DNA of 64,000 nucleotides, taken from assembly GCA_951406725.2 (NCBI GenBank), contig OX597842.1:33480001-33544000 (forward strand), given 5' to 3'. The notes beneath the pieces were generated by a model that had not been told where the DNA came from, did no database searches, and worked only from the letters and a program-made list of their open reading frames with translations. The stretch is from Octopus vulgaris (Eukaryota). Shown piece by piece: positions 41,948 through 54,787 of this stretch. Each line of letters begins with the position of its first letter. Positions within the stretch are counted from its first letter, which is position 1. The position numbers were made by a program, and so were the translations under genes.

Positions 41948-43435
41948 GTGGTGGTAGAGGCGGCGGTGACTAATATGTGCGTGTGTATGTGTCTGTGTAT
42001 GGATGTATGTGTGCGTGTGTGTGTGTGTGTGTAAGCGACTACCGTGGCGGTAGCGGTGTTGCTGATAGCAGCTTAATGATGGTGGTGGTGGTGGTGGCGG
42101 CGGCGGCGTTAATAGCTGTGGCGGCGACGACGGTGGTGGTGGTGGTGGTGGTGGTGGTGGTTTTGTTATTGGTGGCGGTGATTGGTCGTTGCAATAATAA
42201 CGATGATGATGATGGTGGCGGCGGCGGCGGCGCCGTCGGTAGCGACGTCACTGCATTGTCTATACGGTGGCGGCGGCGGCGGCGGCATCGAGAACAGTAG
42301 CTTGTTATAGAAGGTGGCGGTGGTGGGGGACAGGGAAAGGTTTGTTTATTAAGTGATGATGGTGGTGGCGGCGGTAACGGTGACGGCGGACTCTTTCTCG
42401 TGGTGGCGGCGACGGAGTGTATCGTTGATATGAAGGTGGTGGTGGTGGGGATGGGTGAGACGGCGATGTATCGTGGCGGTGACGTCGGTGGTGATGGTGG
42501 TGTTGGTGGCGGCGATGTCAGTGTATCGTTTATGTGATGGTGGCGACGGCGTTGAATCGTTTGCTTGGTGGTGGTGGTAGTGGTGGCGGTGGTGTATTGT
42601 TTATACGGTGGTGGCGATGACGGTGGAGGAGAACTGTAGCTTATTACTAATGGTGGCGACGATGGGGATAGAGATGCTCTCTCGCTCATTGTGATGGTGG
42701 TGGGGACGGCGAGGTTAACGCAGTCGCTTGGTGGTGGCGCCGTCGGTGGTGTCGTCTGCTTGGCAATGGCGGCGGCGAGGTAACAACTGATGGTGGTGTT
42801 GGCGATGGTGGAGGAGGGAATGTAATGGTTGTACGTTGGAGTCGGCGACGGCGGTAAATCCCTTGTAACGTGATGATGGCGACGGCGGCGATGTGGATGA
42901 TTAGTGTCTAAGAGATGGTGGCGGCGGCGACGGCGGTAACTATGTTATGGTGATGACGGTGGCGGCGGTGACGGTGGTAATAGCGGCGATGGGAGCGGGG
43001 ATATATTCAATGGCGGTGGTGGTGGCGGTGACGACGGCCCTGTTTGCTAGAGGCGGTGGCGGTGGTGGTTATAGTAGACTGGCTGAAGGTGGTGGTGGTG
43101 GCGGTGACCCTGTTTGTTGGTGGTGGCGGTGATGGTGGTGGTGGTGATAGTGGACTGGCTGAAGGTGGTGGTGGTGGCGGTGGTGGTGACGGTGATAGCA
43201 GTAGTGAGAAGAGGTCGGCGGCGTTGTAGACGCTCTTACCTATGGTGGTGGTGGTGGTGGTGGTGGAGACGACAGTAGGTCGTTGAAGGTGGGGGACAGC
43301 GTTGGAGTATATTAGCTGAGATGGTGGTAGTGGTGGTGGTGGTGGTGGTGGTGCAGATGGTGGTTTGCTATTGGCGGTGGTGGTGTCGGTGGCGATATTT
43401 TTTGGTGGAGGAGAAGGAGGAGGAGGAGAGATGAT
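41948..43435. other. G-skewed, CpG-rich (GGT/GGC)n low-complexity island
   Basis: Dozens of GGTGGT/GGCGGC tracts separated by short spacers. Strong G excess on the + strand in an otherwise AT-rich window. Confidence 0.85.
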
Positions 43436-43514
43436 AGTGTTTTTGAGAAGCATTCAAACGAGCGCGCGCGTGTATGTATTTGTCTCTCTCTCTATATATA
43501 TATCTTTTTTCTTC

Positions 43515-44119
43515 CTTTCTCTTTTGACTGCGGCCATGCTGGAGCATCGCCTTTTAGTCGAGCAAATCGACCCCGGGACTTATTCTTGTGTAAGCCCAGT
43601 ACTTATTCTATCGGTCTCTTTTGCCGAACCGCTAAATGACGGGGACGTAAACACACCAGCATCGGTTGTCTAGCAACACACACACACATACTACTACTAT
43701 TTTTACTCTTTTACTTGTTTCAGTCATTTTGACTGCGGCCATGCTGGAGCACCGCCTTTTAATCGAGCAAATCGACCCCGGGACTTATTCTTTTGCAAGC
43801 CCAGTACTTATTCTATCGGTCTCTTTTGCCGAACCGCTAAGTGACGGGGACGTAAACACACCAGCATCGGTTGTCAAGCAATGCTAGGGGGACAAACACA
43901 GACACACAAACATATACACATATTTATATATACATATATATACGACGGGCTTCTTTCAGTTTCCGTCTACCAAATCCACTCACAAGACATTGGTCGGCCC
44001 GGAGCTATAGCAGAAGACACTTGCCCAAGATGCCACGCAGTGGGACTGAACCCGGAACCATGTGGTTGGTAAACAAGCTACTTACCACACAGCCACCCCT
44101 GCGCCTATGTATGTATGTA

Positions 44120-44150
<31 letters not shown>

Positions 44151-44554
44151 CTATTCTCTAGCTTGCTTCAGTCATTTGACTGCGGCAATGCTGGAGCAAC
44201 GCCTTAAAACGATTTGTTTTCACTCGAAGAAATCGACTCTCAGGACTTATTCTTTGGTAAGCCTAGTACTTAATTCCATCGGTCCGCTATTACCGAATCG
44301 CTATCTTACGGGGACATAAACAAGCCAACACCGGTTGTCAAGCAGTGATGGTGGACAAACACAAACACACACACACACACACGCACATACATATATATAT
44401 ATTTACATACAGACGACGGGCTTCTTTCAGTTTCCGCCCTTGGTCCGGCCGAAAGCTATAGTAGAAGAAACTTGCCCTAGGTTTCACGCAGTGAGTATGA
44501 ACCCGGATTCATGCAGTTGGTAAGCAAGCTTCTTGCCACACAGCTACGCATGCG

Positions 44555-44649
<95 letters not shown>

Positions 44650-44866
44650 TTTTCTTTTTTACTTTCAGTAATCTGACTGTGGCCATGCTGGAGCACCGCC
44701 TTTAGTCGAAAAAATTGATCCCAGGACTTATTCTTTGCAAGCCCAGTACTTATTTGATCGGTATCTTTTGCCGAACGGCTAAGTTACAGGGACGTAAACA
44801 CACCAACATCGGTTGTCAAACTACGGTGGAGTTAGACAGATAATCACGCACACACACATACATATG

Positions 44867-44924
<58 letters not shown>

Positions 44925-45065
44925 CATATGCATATATATACGATGGGCTTCTTTCAGTTTCCGTCTACGAAATCCTACTTGGTCGGCTCAATGCTATAGT
45001 GGTACTGAACTTGGGACCGTGTGTTTGAGAAACAAGCATCTTACCACAGAGCCACGCCTGCGCCT
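43515..45065 (-). mobile_element. Head-to-tail cluster of four SINE A copies (43515-43675 partial, 43700-44106, 44155-44557, 44645-45065)
   Basis: Repeated tail-core-head order in the same orientation. Confidence 0.9.
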
Positions 45066-45629
45066 TCACACACACACATACACACACACACACACACATA
45101 TATATATACATATATACACACACACACGTGTGAATTTGTGTGTGTGTGTGTCTCTCTCTCTCGCCTCTATATGAGTGTGTGTATGCGTATATCTATGTGT
45201 GTCAATGTGTGTGTGTGCATGCATGTCTATGTCTATCCATACGTGTACAGTGATGAATCTATATGTATATATACGTGTGTTTGTGTATATATGTGTGTGT
45301 GTGTGTTTATGCATATGCATGTACGTGCATACAAGTGCGTATGTGCCTAAGTATATAGACATATATATATATATATATATATGTATATGTGCTGTGTGTA
45401 TAAATATATATCTGTATATATATTGTGTATGTATTTGTTTTAGTATGTGTGTGTGTCTATATATATAATCCTTTTATACAGTGTGTGTGTGTGTGTTTGT
45501 ATGTGTGTGTGTGCGGAAGAGACAAGCGGTTCAGGTTCGAAGGTGGAAAGAAATAGCGGTAAGGAGGAGGGGGAACGGCGGGAGTAAGAGTAAGAGGTGA
45601 AACATAAAGAGAGGAATACATATACACAC

Positions 45630-45664
<35 letters not shown>

Positions 45665-45675
45665 CAGACAGACGA

Positions 45676-45757
<82 letters not shown>

Positions 45758-45787
45758 TGATGGATAGATAGACAGACGGACACATAG

Positions 45788-45819
<32 letters not shown>

Positions 45820-46089
45820 GGGGGGGAAGGACGAGTCGACGGTGGACGAGTAGGAGGAGGAGGAAGTAGAGAAGGTTAATGACGTTGCATGGTAGGAGGA
45901 AGGGGAGCGTATCATATGATAAGAGGGAGGGGGAAGCGAGTGAGCGATCGACTGAGTGAGTGAGAGAAACGTGTGTCCGTGTGTTCACTTCGTAAAGATG
46001 TCTGACTTGGTCTGGAGTTTCTCTCGAGGGAAGAAGAAAACAGACGATATTCTGCGTGCGTGTGTGTGTGTGTGTGCGTGTGCCTCTGT

Positions 46090-46145
<56 letters not shown>

Positions 46146-46149
46146 CTTA

Positions 46150-46301
46150 TAGGCGCAGGCGAGGCTCTGTAGGTAAGAAGGTTTTGGTTTTCTCGACCCC
46201 GTGGGTTTCCAGGTTCGGTCACACCTTTGGGCAACTATAGTCTTCTACTATAGCCTCGGGCCGATCAAAGAAACTGAAGGAAGCCCGTCGTATACACACA
46301 G

Positions 46302-46366
<65 letters not shown>

Positions 46367-46457
46367 CATGCGTCCGGAAACTGAAGGAAGCCTGTCGTGT
46401 GTGTATATATATATATATATATATACACATACATACACACACACACACACACATATA

Positions 46458-46497
<40 letters not shown>

Positions 46498-47222
46498 CAT
46501 ACACACACGCATATATATATATGTATATATATATACTTTTGTTCTTTTACTTGATGCAGTAATTAGACTCGGCCATGCTGGAGCATTGCCTTAAATGAGA
46601 TTTTTTTAGTCGAACCGCTAAGTTACGGGGATGTAAACACACTAGCATCGGTTGTCAAGCGATGGTGGGAAGACAAACGTACACAAACACACACATATAT
46701 ATATTATATATGTTTATATATATTATGTATATATACATACATACACACATATATATATATATATATATATATTCTTTTAATTGTTGCAGTCATTTGACTG
46801 CGGCCATGCTGTAGCACCGCCTTAAAGAGTGTTTAAGTCGAATAAATCGAGCCCAGGACTTACTCTTTGTAAGCCTAGTATTTATTCTATCGGTTTCTCT
46901 TGCCGAACCGCTAAGTTACAGGGTCGTAAACATACCAACATCGGTTGTCAAGTGATTTTGGAAGGGACAAATAGGCATAAACATACACACACAAACATAT
47001 TTATATATATATGTGTGTGTGTATGTGTGTGTGTGTGTGTGTGTGTATGTGTTTGTGACGAGGTTTTTTCAATTATACTGCGCTTCAGTACAGTTTCCAT
47101 CAACGAAATTCACTCCGGACAACTAGGGAAGAATATTGTTGCCCAAGGTGCTGTAATCAGGAAGTGAACCCGGCATCACAGAGTTGCCAAGCGAGTTTCC
47201 TAACCACCCAGCCGTGCCAGCG
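46150..47222. mobile_element. SINE A fragments (+ head 46150-46290; - pieces 46540-46690 and 46770-47222)
   Basis: Diverged family A motifs. Confidence 0.75.
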
Positions 47223-47479
47223 CATGTATGTACATTCATATACGTGTGTGTGTGTTTGTGTGAGCTGGGATTATTCGGGTGTGGGTTTCGGGTAGATGGT
47301 TGCACCCGTTTCAGAAGCGACGGTGATGAGAAGGACAGAAGAAATGAGGAAAGAAACGAAGAAAAAAGGGATGTAAAGGAAACGATAAAAGGGAAAAGAA
47401 TGAGAGAGAAGGAAGGAAATGAAGAAAGTGAAGGAAAATAGCGAGGAAAGAAAGGAAGGAAAGAATGAGAGAGAATGGA

Positions 47480-49160
47480 GGGGGAAAGGAGAAGGAAAAT
47501 GGGTGAGAGAAGAAGAAAAGAATTATGGGGAAAATGAAGGAAGAAAGTGAAGGAGGAAAGGATGAGAAGAAAAATTGAAAATAGAAGGAAGGAAGGAAAG
47601 CAAAAAGAAAAGGAAGAGAAGAGCGAATGAAAAAGGAAAGAGAAAATGTAAAAGAAAAGAATTATGAGAAAATGAAGGAATAAAGTAGAGAAGGAAAGGA
47701 TGAGAAGGAAATTGAAGGAAGGAAGTAATAAGGGAAGAAAGGAAGGAAGAGAGGAGCGAATGAAACAAAGAAAATATTAAAGAAAAAATTATGAGAAAAT
47801 GAAGGAATAAAGTAGAGAAGGAAAGGATGAGAAGGAAATTGAAAGGAAGGAAGTAATGAGGGAAGAAAGGAAGGAAGAGAGGAGCGAATGAAACAAAGAA
47901 AATATTAAAGAAAAAATTATGAGAAAATGAAGGAATAAAGTAGAGAAGGAAAGGATGAGAAGGAAATTGAAGGAAGGAAGTAATGAGGGAAGAAAGGAAG
48001 GAAGAGAGGAGCGAATGAAACAAAGAAAATATTCAAGAAGAAAATCATCAGAAAATGAAGGAAGAATTTAGAGAAGAAAAGGATGAGAAGGAAATTGAAG
48101 GAAGGAAGTAATGAGGGAAGAAAGGAAGGAAGAGAGGAGCGAATGAAACAAAGAAAATATTCAAGAAGAAAATCATCAGAAAATGAAGGAAGAACTTAGA
48201 GAAGAAAAGGATGAGAAGGAAATTGAAAATAGAAGGAAGGAAGGAATGAGCGAACGAATGTAAAAGGAGAAAGAAAATGTAACAGAAAAGAATTATGAGA
48301 AAATGAAGGAATAAAGTAGAGAAGGAAAGGATGAGAAGGAAATTGAAGGAAGGAAGTAATGAGGGAAGAAAGGAGGGAAGAGAGGAGCGAATGAAACAAA
48401 GAAAATATTCAAGAAGAAAATCATCAGAAAATGAAGGAAGAATTTAGAGAAGAAAAGGATGAGAAGGAAATTGAAAATAGAAGTAAGGAAGGGAGGAAGG
48501 AAAGAAGGAAGGAATGAGCGAACGAATGTAAAAGGAGAAAGAAAATGTAAAAGAAAAGAATTATGAGAAAATAAAGGAAGAAAGTAGAGAAGAAGAGGAT
48601 GAGAAGAAAATTGAAAATATAAGGAAGTAATGAATAAATGAAGGAAGGAAGGAGCGAATGAAACAGAAAGAAAATGTAAAAGAAAAAATTAACAGAAAAT
48701 GAAGGAAGAATATAGAGAAGAAAAGGATGAGAAAGAAATTGAAAATAGGAGAAAGGAATGAGCGAACGAATGAAAAAGGAGAAAGAAAATGTAAAAAGAA
48801 AGAATTATGAGAAAATGAAAGAAGAAATTAGAGAAGAAGAGGTTGAGAAGGAAAGCGGAAAATAGAAGGAAGGAAGAGAGGAGCGAATGAAAAAGGAGAA
48901 AGAAAATGCAAAAGACTTATGAGAAAATGATACAAGAAACTAGTGAAGGATAGGATGAGAAGGAAATTGAAAATAGAAGGAAGGAAAGAAAGAATGAAAG
49001 AAGAGAGTAGCGAATGAAGAGGGAAGAAGAAAAAGAAAAAAAAAAGAATTATGGGAAAATGAAGGATGAATCTAAAGAAGAGGATTAAAACAAATTTGAA
49101 AACATAAGGAAGGAAGGAAGAGAAAAGTGAATGAAAAAAGAAGAAAATAAATAAAGAAAC
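47480..49160. repeat. Purine-rich tandem repeat of about 127 bp, about 13 degenerate units
   Basis: AGAAAATGAAGGAA..GGATGAGAAGGAAATTGAA..GAGCGAATG recurs at about 127-bp spacing. Confidence 0.9.
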
Positions 49161-49540
49161 AAGCAAGAAGTGATAGTGAGGAAGATTATTATGGTAATTC
49201 TTACTAATAGAGGCAGAGGGCCTGAAATTTGTGGAGAGAGCAGTAGTGGATTACATCAACCCCAGTGCACAGCTGGTACTTATTTTATCGATCGCAATTC
49301 GACGAAAGGCTAGGTCGACCTCGGCGTAATACCGCTAAGCGTTTTGTCCGGCATGCTAACAATTCTGCAGAGTCACATGACATCAAATATGAAGGTGAGG
49401 GTGTAGAACGGGTAGGTATATGATTTCTCATATACCTACTCCACTGTACCCCCAGTAATTTACTGGTACTGTATCATTTTATCAATCATCCTGAGTAGCG
49501 ATGGCAAACTAGAAATAATCTGCACCGGGAAAAAGGAGTA

Positions 49541-49960
49541 TAGGCGCTGGTGTGGTTGTGTGGTAAGTAGCTTGCTTACCAACCACATGGTTCCGGGTTC
49601 AGTCCCACTGCGTGGCACCTTGGGCAAGTGTCTTCAACTATTGTCACGGGCCGACCAAAACCTTGTGAGTGGATTTAGTAGAGGGAAACTGAATGAAGCT
49701 CTTCGTATATATACATACATATAAATAAATTATATATATGTGTGTGTGTGTGTCTGTGTGTCTTTGTGTTTGTACCCACAACTGGTGTCGGTGTGTTTAC
49801 GTCCACGTAACTTAGCGGATCGGCCAAATGAGACCAATACAATAAGTACTTGGCCTAACAAAGAATAAATAATGTTGAGCGATTTGTTTAACTAAAACCC
49901 GTCAAAGCAATGCCCCAGCATGGCCACGGGCAAAAGGAATGAAACAAGTGAAAAATGACA
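49541..49960 (+). mobile_element. SINE family A, full length, diverged
   Basis: Head-to-tail match. Confidence 0.85.
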
Positions 49961-50151
49961 AAAAACAACAAAAAAAAAACTAAATAGGAGGACCAGGAGT
50001 GGTTGTGTGGTAAGTAGCTTGCTTCCCAACCGTACAGTTCTGGGTTCAGACCCATTGCGTGGCACCTTGGGCAAGTGTCTTCTACTATAGCCTCGGGCCG
50101 ACCAAATATCTGTGAGGAGATTTGATAGACGGAAACTAAAAGAAGCCCGTC

Positions 50152-50184
<33 letters not shown>

Positions 50185-50186
<2 letters not shown>

Positions 50187-50313
50187 AATACGACGGACCC
50201 TGCGGTTCACATACACAAAATCGGAGTAGCAAATAAACGTAAACAAAGAGATTGTTGACGTTTATTTGCTACTCCGATTTTGTGTATGTGAACCGCAGGG
50301 TCCGTCGTATTTG
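50185..50313. repeat. Hairpin: 62-bp arms, 5-nt loop, one mismatch
   Basis: 50185-50246 is the reverse complement of 50252-50313. Confidence 0.95.
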
Positions 50314-50322
50314 GAATCTCCA

Positions 50323-50920
50323 CTTAGTTAGTTAGTTAGTTAGTTAATTTGGCTCAAAAGCAACTAGCAAGGCCATGTAGGGGGACATGGAGTTAAGTAC
50401 AGAGTGGTGTTCATGTAAAGAGTTCAGGCCACTCGAGGTCAAGGGAGGCTTTGAACAAAGCGGTCGTCGGCATCTTCACCATCTCGTCTGGCAGCTTGTT
50501 CCACGGATCCGCAACCCGGACGGAGAAAGCTCCTCTCCTTCGATTGAGATGAAATCGTCGCAGGTAGAGCTTTTCGGAGTGACCCCGCGGCCGACGCTCT
50601 GGAGCAGGAGTGAAGAAAAGCTCTTTCGAGAGGTTACACTTCCCGCTTATGATGTTGTGGGCGAGAATGAGATCACCACGGCGGCGGCGTTTTTCAAGAG
50701 AATAAAGGTCGAGCGTCCTCAGCCTTTCTTCGTAGGACAAATTTTTGAGACCATGAACCATGCGGGTAGCCAGCTTCTGGACTCTTTCGAGATGCTGTAT
50801 GTCTTTGAGGAGATAAGGAGAAGAGGCTTGAATCCCATACTCCAATATGGGTCTCACCAGCGTGACATAGAGTGGTAGGAATATGGCTGCTGTGAGCATT
50901 CCGAATGACCGTCGAATCAA
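50323..50920 (-). mobile_element. 5'-truncated CR1-clade LINE: ORF2 C-terminal region (stop at 50411), short 3' UTR and (TAAC)n tail
   Basis: LYVTLVRPILEY..LERVQKLATRMV..LSYEERLRTLDLYSLEKRRRRGDLI..RGHSEKL..FSVRVADPWNKLP are typical CR1 ORF2 C-terminal motifs. UTR stem-loop CCATGT-CCCCT-ACATGG. Confidence 0.95.
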
Positions 50921-52232
50921 GAAAATGGAAAAAACAGTCTTTGACTGCCATTTCTAATTCCTTCGGTATGCGGCGAAGCAGCCTGTTGCTAGCCCTTTTA
51001 ATTAGTTTTACTATATACTGAACTTTACAAAAGTTCCTGACGATGAATTTGTCATATTTACATACCGAAATTTACCGGTAAATAATTGTTGGTTATATGA
51101 AAAACCACTGAAAAATTATTTACCATTTTTATTGTAAATATATATACAGATAGATAGATATAGATATATATGTATACACACGTATATATAGGTGTGTTTG
51201 TGTTTGTTTCAACATCGCTTGACAAGCTATGTTCGTGTGCATACGTCTCCGTAATCTAGCGGTTCGGCAATGGTGACCGATAGAATAATTGCTAGGCTTA
51301 CAAAGATTAAGTTCTGGCGTTCAATTTGTTCGACTAAAAGGCGTTACTCCAGCATGGCCGCCGTCGAATGACTGATACAAGTAAAAGAAATAAAAGTATT
51401 AAAACACTGAATATATTATCACCCATGAGGCTATACCGATTTTGTCGACGCAACCCTGTTTTGCCCAGTGTAGCTATAGTAATTCCATTAATTCAATGGC
51501 TGCCATATTGATTTTAACCGACGCCGGAAGCAATTTTAGCAAACGGCCGCCATTTTACTTCGCGACGATGTCTCCCCAATGCACAAAATCTCTGAGTACT
51601 TTCGACGCCTTTTTACAATCTTACCACTGAGCAACCATTTTGTCTATCGATGCTCTACAGATTTTGTCAGTTTAATGCCCCGTTTTTCTGTTCATTGTCT
51701 GTGTCACAAACGCACATTGCGACCACATAGACTGAGGTTCAATTTCACAGCCTGATATCTTGGGCAAGTCTCTTTCAGTATAGCCATGGGAATAGCCGGA
51801 AACTGTGCAGAAGCCAACCATATATATATATATGCATGTTCTATTATTCTTTTGACTGTGGCTATGCTGGAGCACCGCCTGAAAGGGTTTTTTTTTTAGT
51901 CGAAGAAATTGATCCCGGGACGTATCCTTTGTAAGTGTAGGACTTATTCAATCAGTCTCTTTTGCCAAACAGCTATATTACGAAGGACGTAAACAAACCC
52001 ACAGCGGTTGTCAAGCGATGGCGGGGGTGACAAAGATACACTCATAAATACATACATAATACTCTTTCACACACACACACATAGACAGAGAGACACACAC
52101 ACACACAAGCAGGTAGATAGATAGATAGAGAGAGAGAGATAGAGAGAGAGAGATAAAGAGAGAGAAAGAGAAATAGAGGAGACAGACAGACAGACAAAAC
52201 TCTGCTTACATGTGCTCATGTAAGTATACATG

Positions 52233-52655
52233 TTTTACTCTTTTACTTGTTTCAGTCATTTGACTGCGGCCATGCTGGAGCACCGCCTTTAGTCGAGCAA
52301 CTCGACCCCGGGACTTATTCTTTTTGTAAGCCCAGTACTTATTCTATCGGTCTCTTTTGCTGAACCGCTAAGTTACGGGGACGTAAACACACCAGCATCG
52401 GTTGTCAAGCAATGCTAGGGAGACAAGCACATACACACACACATACATATATATGTAAACACCAGTCGTTTTTTTCTCCATCTCTTGTTGCCCGCTTTGG
52501 GATCTTTCTTTCCTCTCTCTTCCTTCTTTATGTTTCCGACGAAGAGCTCCGCTCGAAACGTCATACCTTCCTGCTTCCATATTTCCTGAGCGCCTATTAA
52601 TAATAATACTGTAATTGTTCCACTGTTGTTGTTTTTTTGTTTTCCCGTTTGGATT

Positions 52656-52722
<67 letters not shown>

Positions 52723-52878
52723 CATACATATATACGACGGGCATCTTTTCAGTTTCCGTCTACGAAATCCACTCACAAGGCATTGGTCGGCCCGGGGCTA
52801 TAGCAGAAGACACTTGCCCAAGATGCCACGCAGTGGGACTGAACCCGGAACCATGTGGTTGGTTAGCAAGCTACTTAC
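52233..52878 (-). mobile_element. SINE family A interrupted in its central microsatellite
   Basis: Tail half 52233-52445 and head half 52733-52878. Confidence 0.9.
52460..52660 (+). mobile_element. Penelope-like relic with a minimal hammerhead-like motif, nested in SINE A
   Basis: GTTT-CCGACGA-A-GAGC(TCC)GCTC-GAAAC-GTC-ATAC at 52532-52566. Downstream CCTGAGCGC is shared with the 330-516 family. Confidence 0.55.
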
Positions 52879-52923
52879 CACACAGCCACTCCCGAGCCTG
52901 TTTATTTATGATTTCAAATGAAA

Positions 52924-52990
<67 letters not shown>

Positions 52991-53569
52991 TATATACATG
53001 CAAACATACATAAATATACAAACATATCCATTCATACAATTCTATACATACATGCACACACACAGAAACAGAAACAGAAACAGACACAAATATACATACT
53101 TAGATAGATGTGTGTATATATATATATATATATATATGTCGTTATTCAGTTTCATCTTAAGTTTCCTTGCCAATTGAGAAAGAACCGGTTTCTAACCTAG
53201 AACCAAGGCTCCTTCATTGGAATTTCAACAACATCAACAGGGTATTTTTTTATGTAGGTATGTGTGTCTGTGAGTGTGTGCGTGTGCGTGTGTGTGTGTG
53301 TGGAGTGGTACACACGCAGAAGGTGAACATGGTCATTTTCAAATGGGGAGCAGTGGCAGGTAGTGTCATGAGGCACTGAATAAGTTGGAATCTATCGGAT
53401 AGCTAAGGCGACTGAAACAGAGAGTCGACCGGAACAGCTTCTGTGCCTATGTGTGTGTGTGTGTGTTTTCATGGGTGATGATGATTTCTCCTATACATGT
53501 ATGTTTTGCGTGTGTATGTGATGTTTATATGTTCGTTCCTGCCTCAAAAAAAAAAAGCTGTGATCTGTA

Positions 53570-53615
<46 letters not shown>

Positions 53616-53630
53616 TTTTATTCGTTTCAG

Positions 53631-53685
<55 letters not shown>

Positions 53686-53862
53686 TGTTCAGATAAGTAT
53701 GTATGTAGTACATATGTATGTATATACATATCTACACAACTATATGTATACACATATACATATAAATATATACATACATAGCACATACACACATATAGAC
53801 ACACACCTAGGTATATATATATATATATGCATATATATATATATACACATACCTACACACCC

Positions 53863-53922
<60 letters not shown>

Positions 53923-54023
53923 ATAAATACAAACAAACAAATATCTTCTTTGTATATGTATATATATGTATATATACACATACTTATGTACCGATACACG
54001 AGTAAATAAGTGCATATATTTAT

Positions 54024-54116
<93 letters not shown>

Positions 54117-54608
54117 TTATATACACACACACATTGCGTATATGTTCGTATGTGTATTTTTACTCACAAACGCAGATATCGTTTTTAGATCGAGATTTAA
54201 AAAGAGATTACCAAACGATATATATTTTTAGTAAACACGTCCTTTTTTTATTTTCTTTAAGTTCTCACTTTGATTAGAAAATAGTTTGCCGAAATCAAAC
54301 TTTTTATTTTTTTAATCTTTCTTTGTAGCTAGCAGAAGGTCATTGGCCTGGCTAGTTTCAATGTTTATTGCCGCCTCGTCAGGAATTGCCAGCCATTAGT
54401 GTCTATCCACAGGGAGAACAAGATGTTATGTTATAATAACTATTTGTCATGGAAGCATACAGGGAAATAATAAAAACGTAAAAGAGAAAAAAATACTAAA
54501 TCAGTTTGCTTTAATTGAGAACGGTCGAAATGAAGTACTAGATGCGAGCGCTGTGATGCTTTTATTGACGAAGTACCATAATATGGTACCATAATGAGTT
54601 ATCTTTCT

Positions 54609-54784
54609 ACATCCATTCTTCATTCTCAACATGGCTCCTCTCCACTAACATTTTACATTGATCACTCTTCTATGTTACATCAAGCTAATTTTTGTCGACT
54701 GACCCCATCACCATAAAACTTTCAAACTACACAATCTCTCTCTCCCTTATCACCATAAATTTCACACTCTATCCACTCTCTATG
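54609..54784 (+). repeat. Left arm of a ~175-bp inverted repeat
   Basis: Reverse complement of 55957-56131 with few differences. Confidence 0.92.
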
Positions 54785-54787
54785 TGT

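Larger units (their letters stand above)
49996..51396 (+). mobile_element. SINE family A split by nested insertions (head 49996-50153, tail 51190-51396)
   Basis: Head and tail halves are colinear and in the same orientation around about 1 kb of inserts. Confidence 0.7.

Noticed and set aside
42039-42689. 216-aa Pro/Thr-rich ORF resembling extensin or mucin
   Set aside because: The triplet register switches among P, T and R/H runs, as expected of non-coding triplet repeats; no domain signal.
45998-46060. AAAGATG-initiated MSDLVWSFSRGKKKTDDIL as a first coding exon
   Set aside because: Only a weak GTGCGT donor at the start of a TG repeat; no supporting homology.
50387-50878. 163-aa + strand ORF
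   Set aside because: Antisense shadow of the CR1 ORF2 frame.
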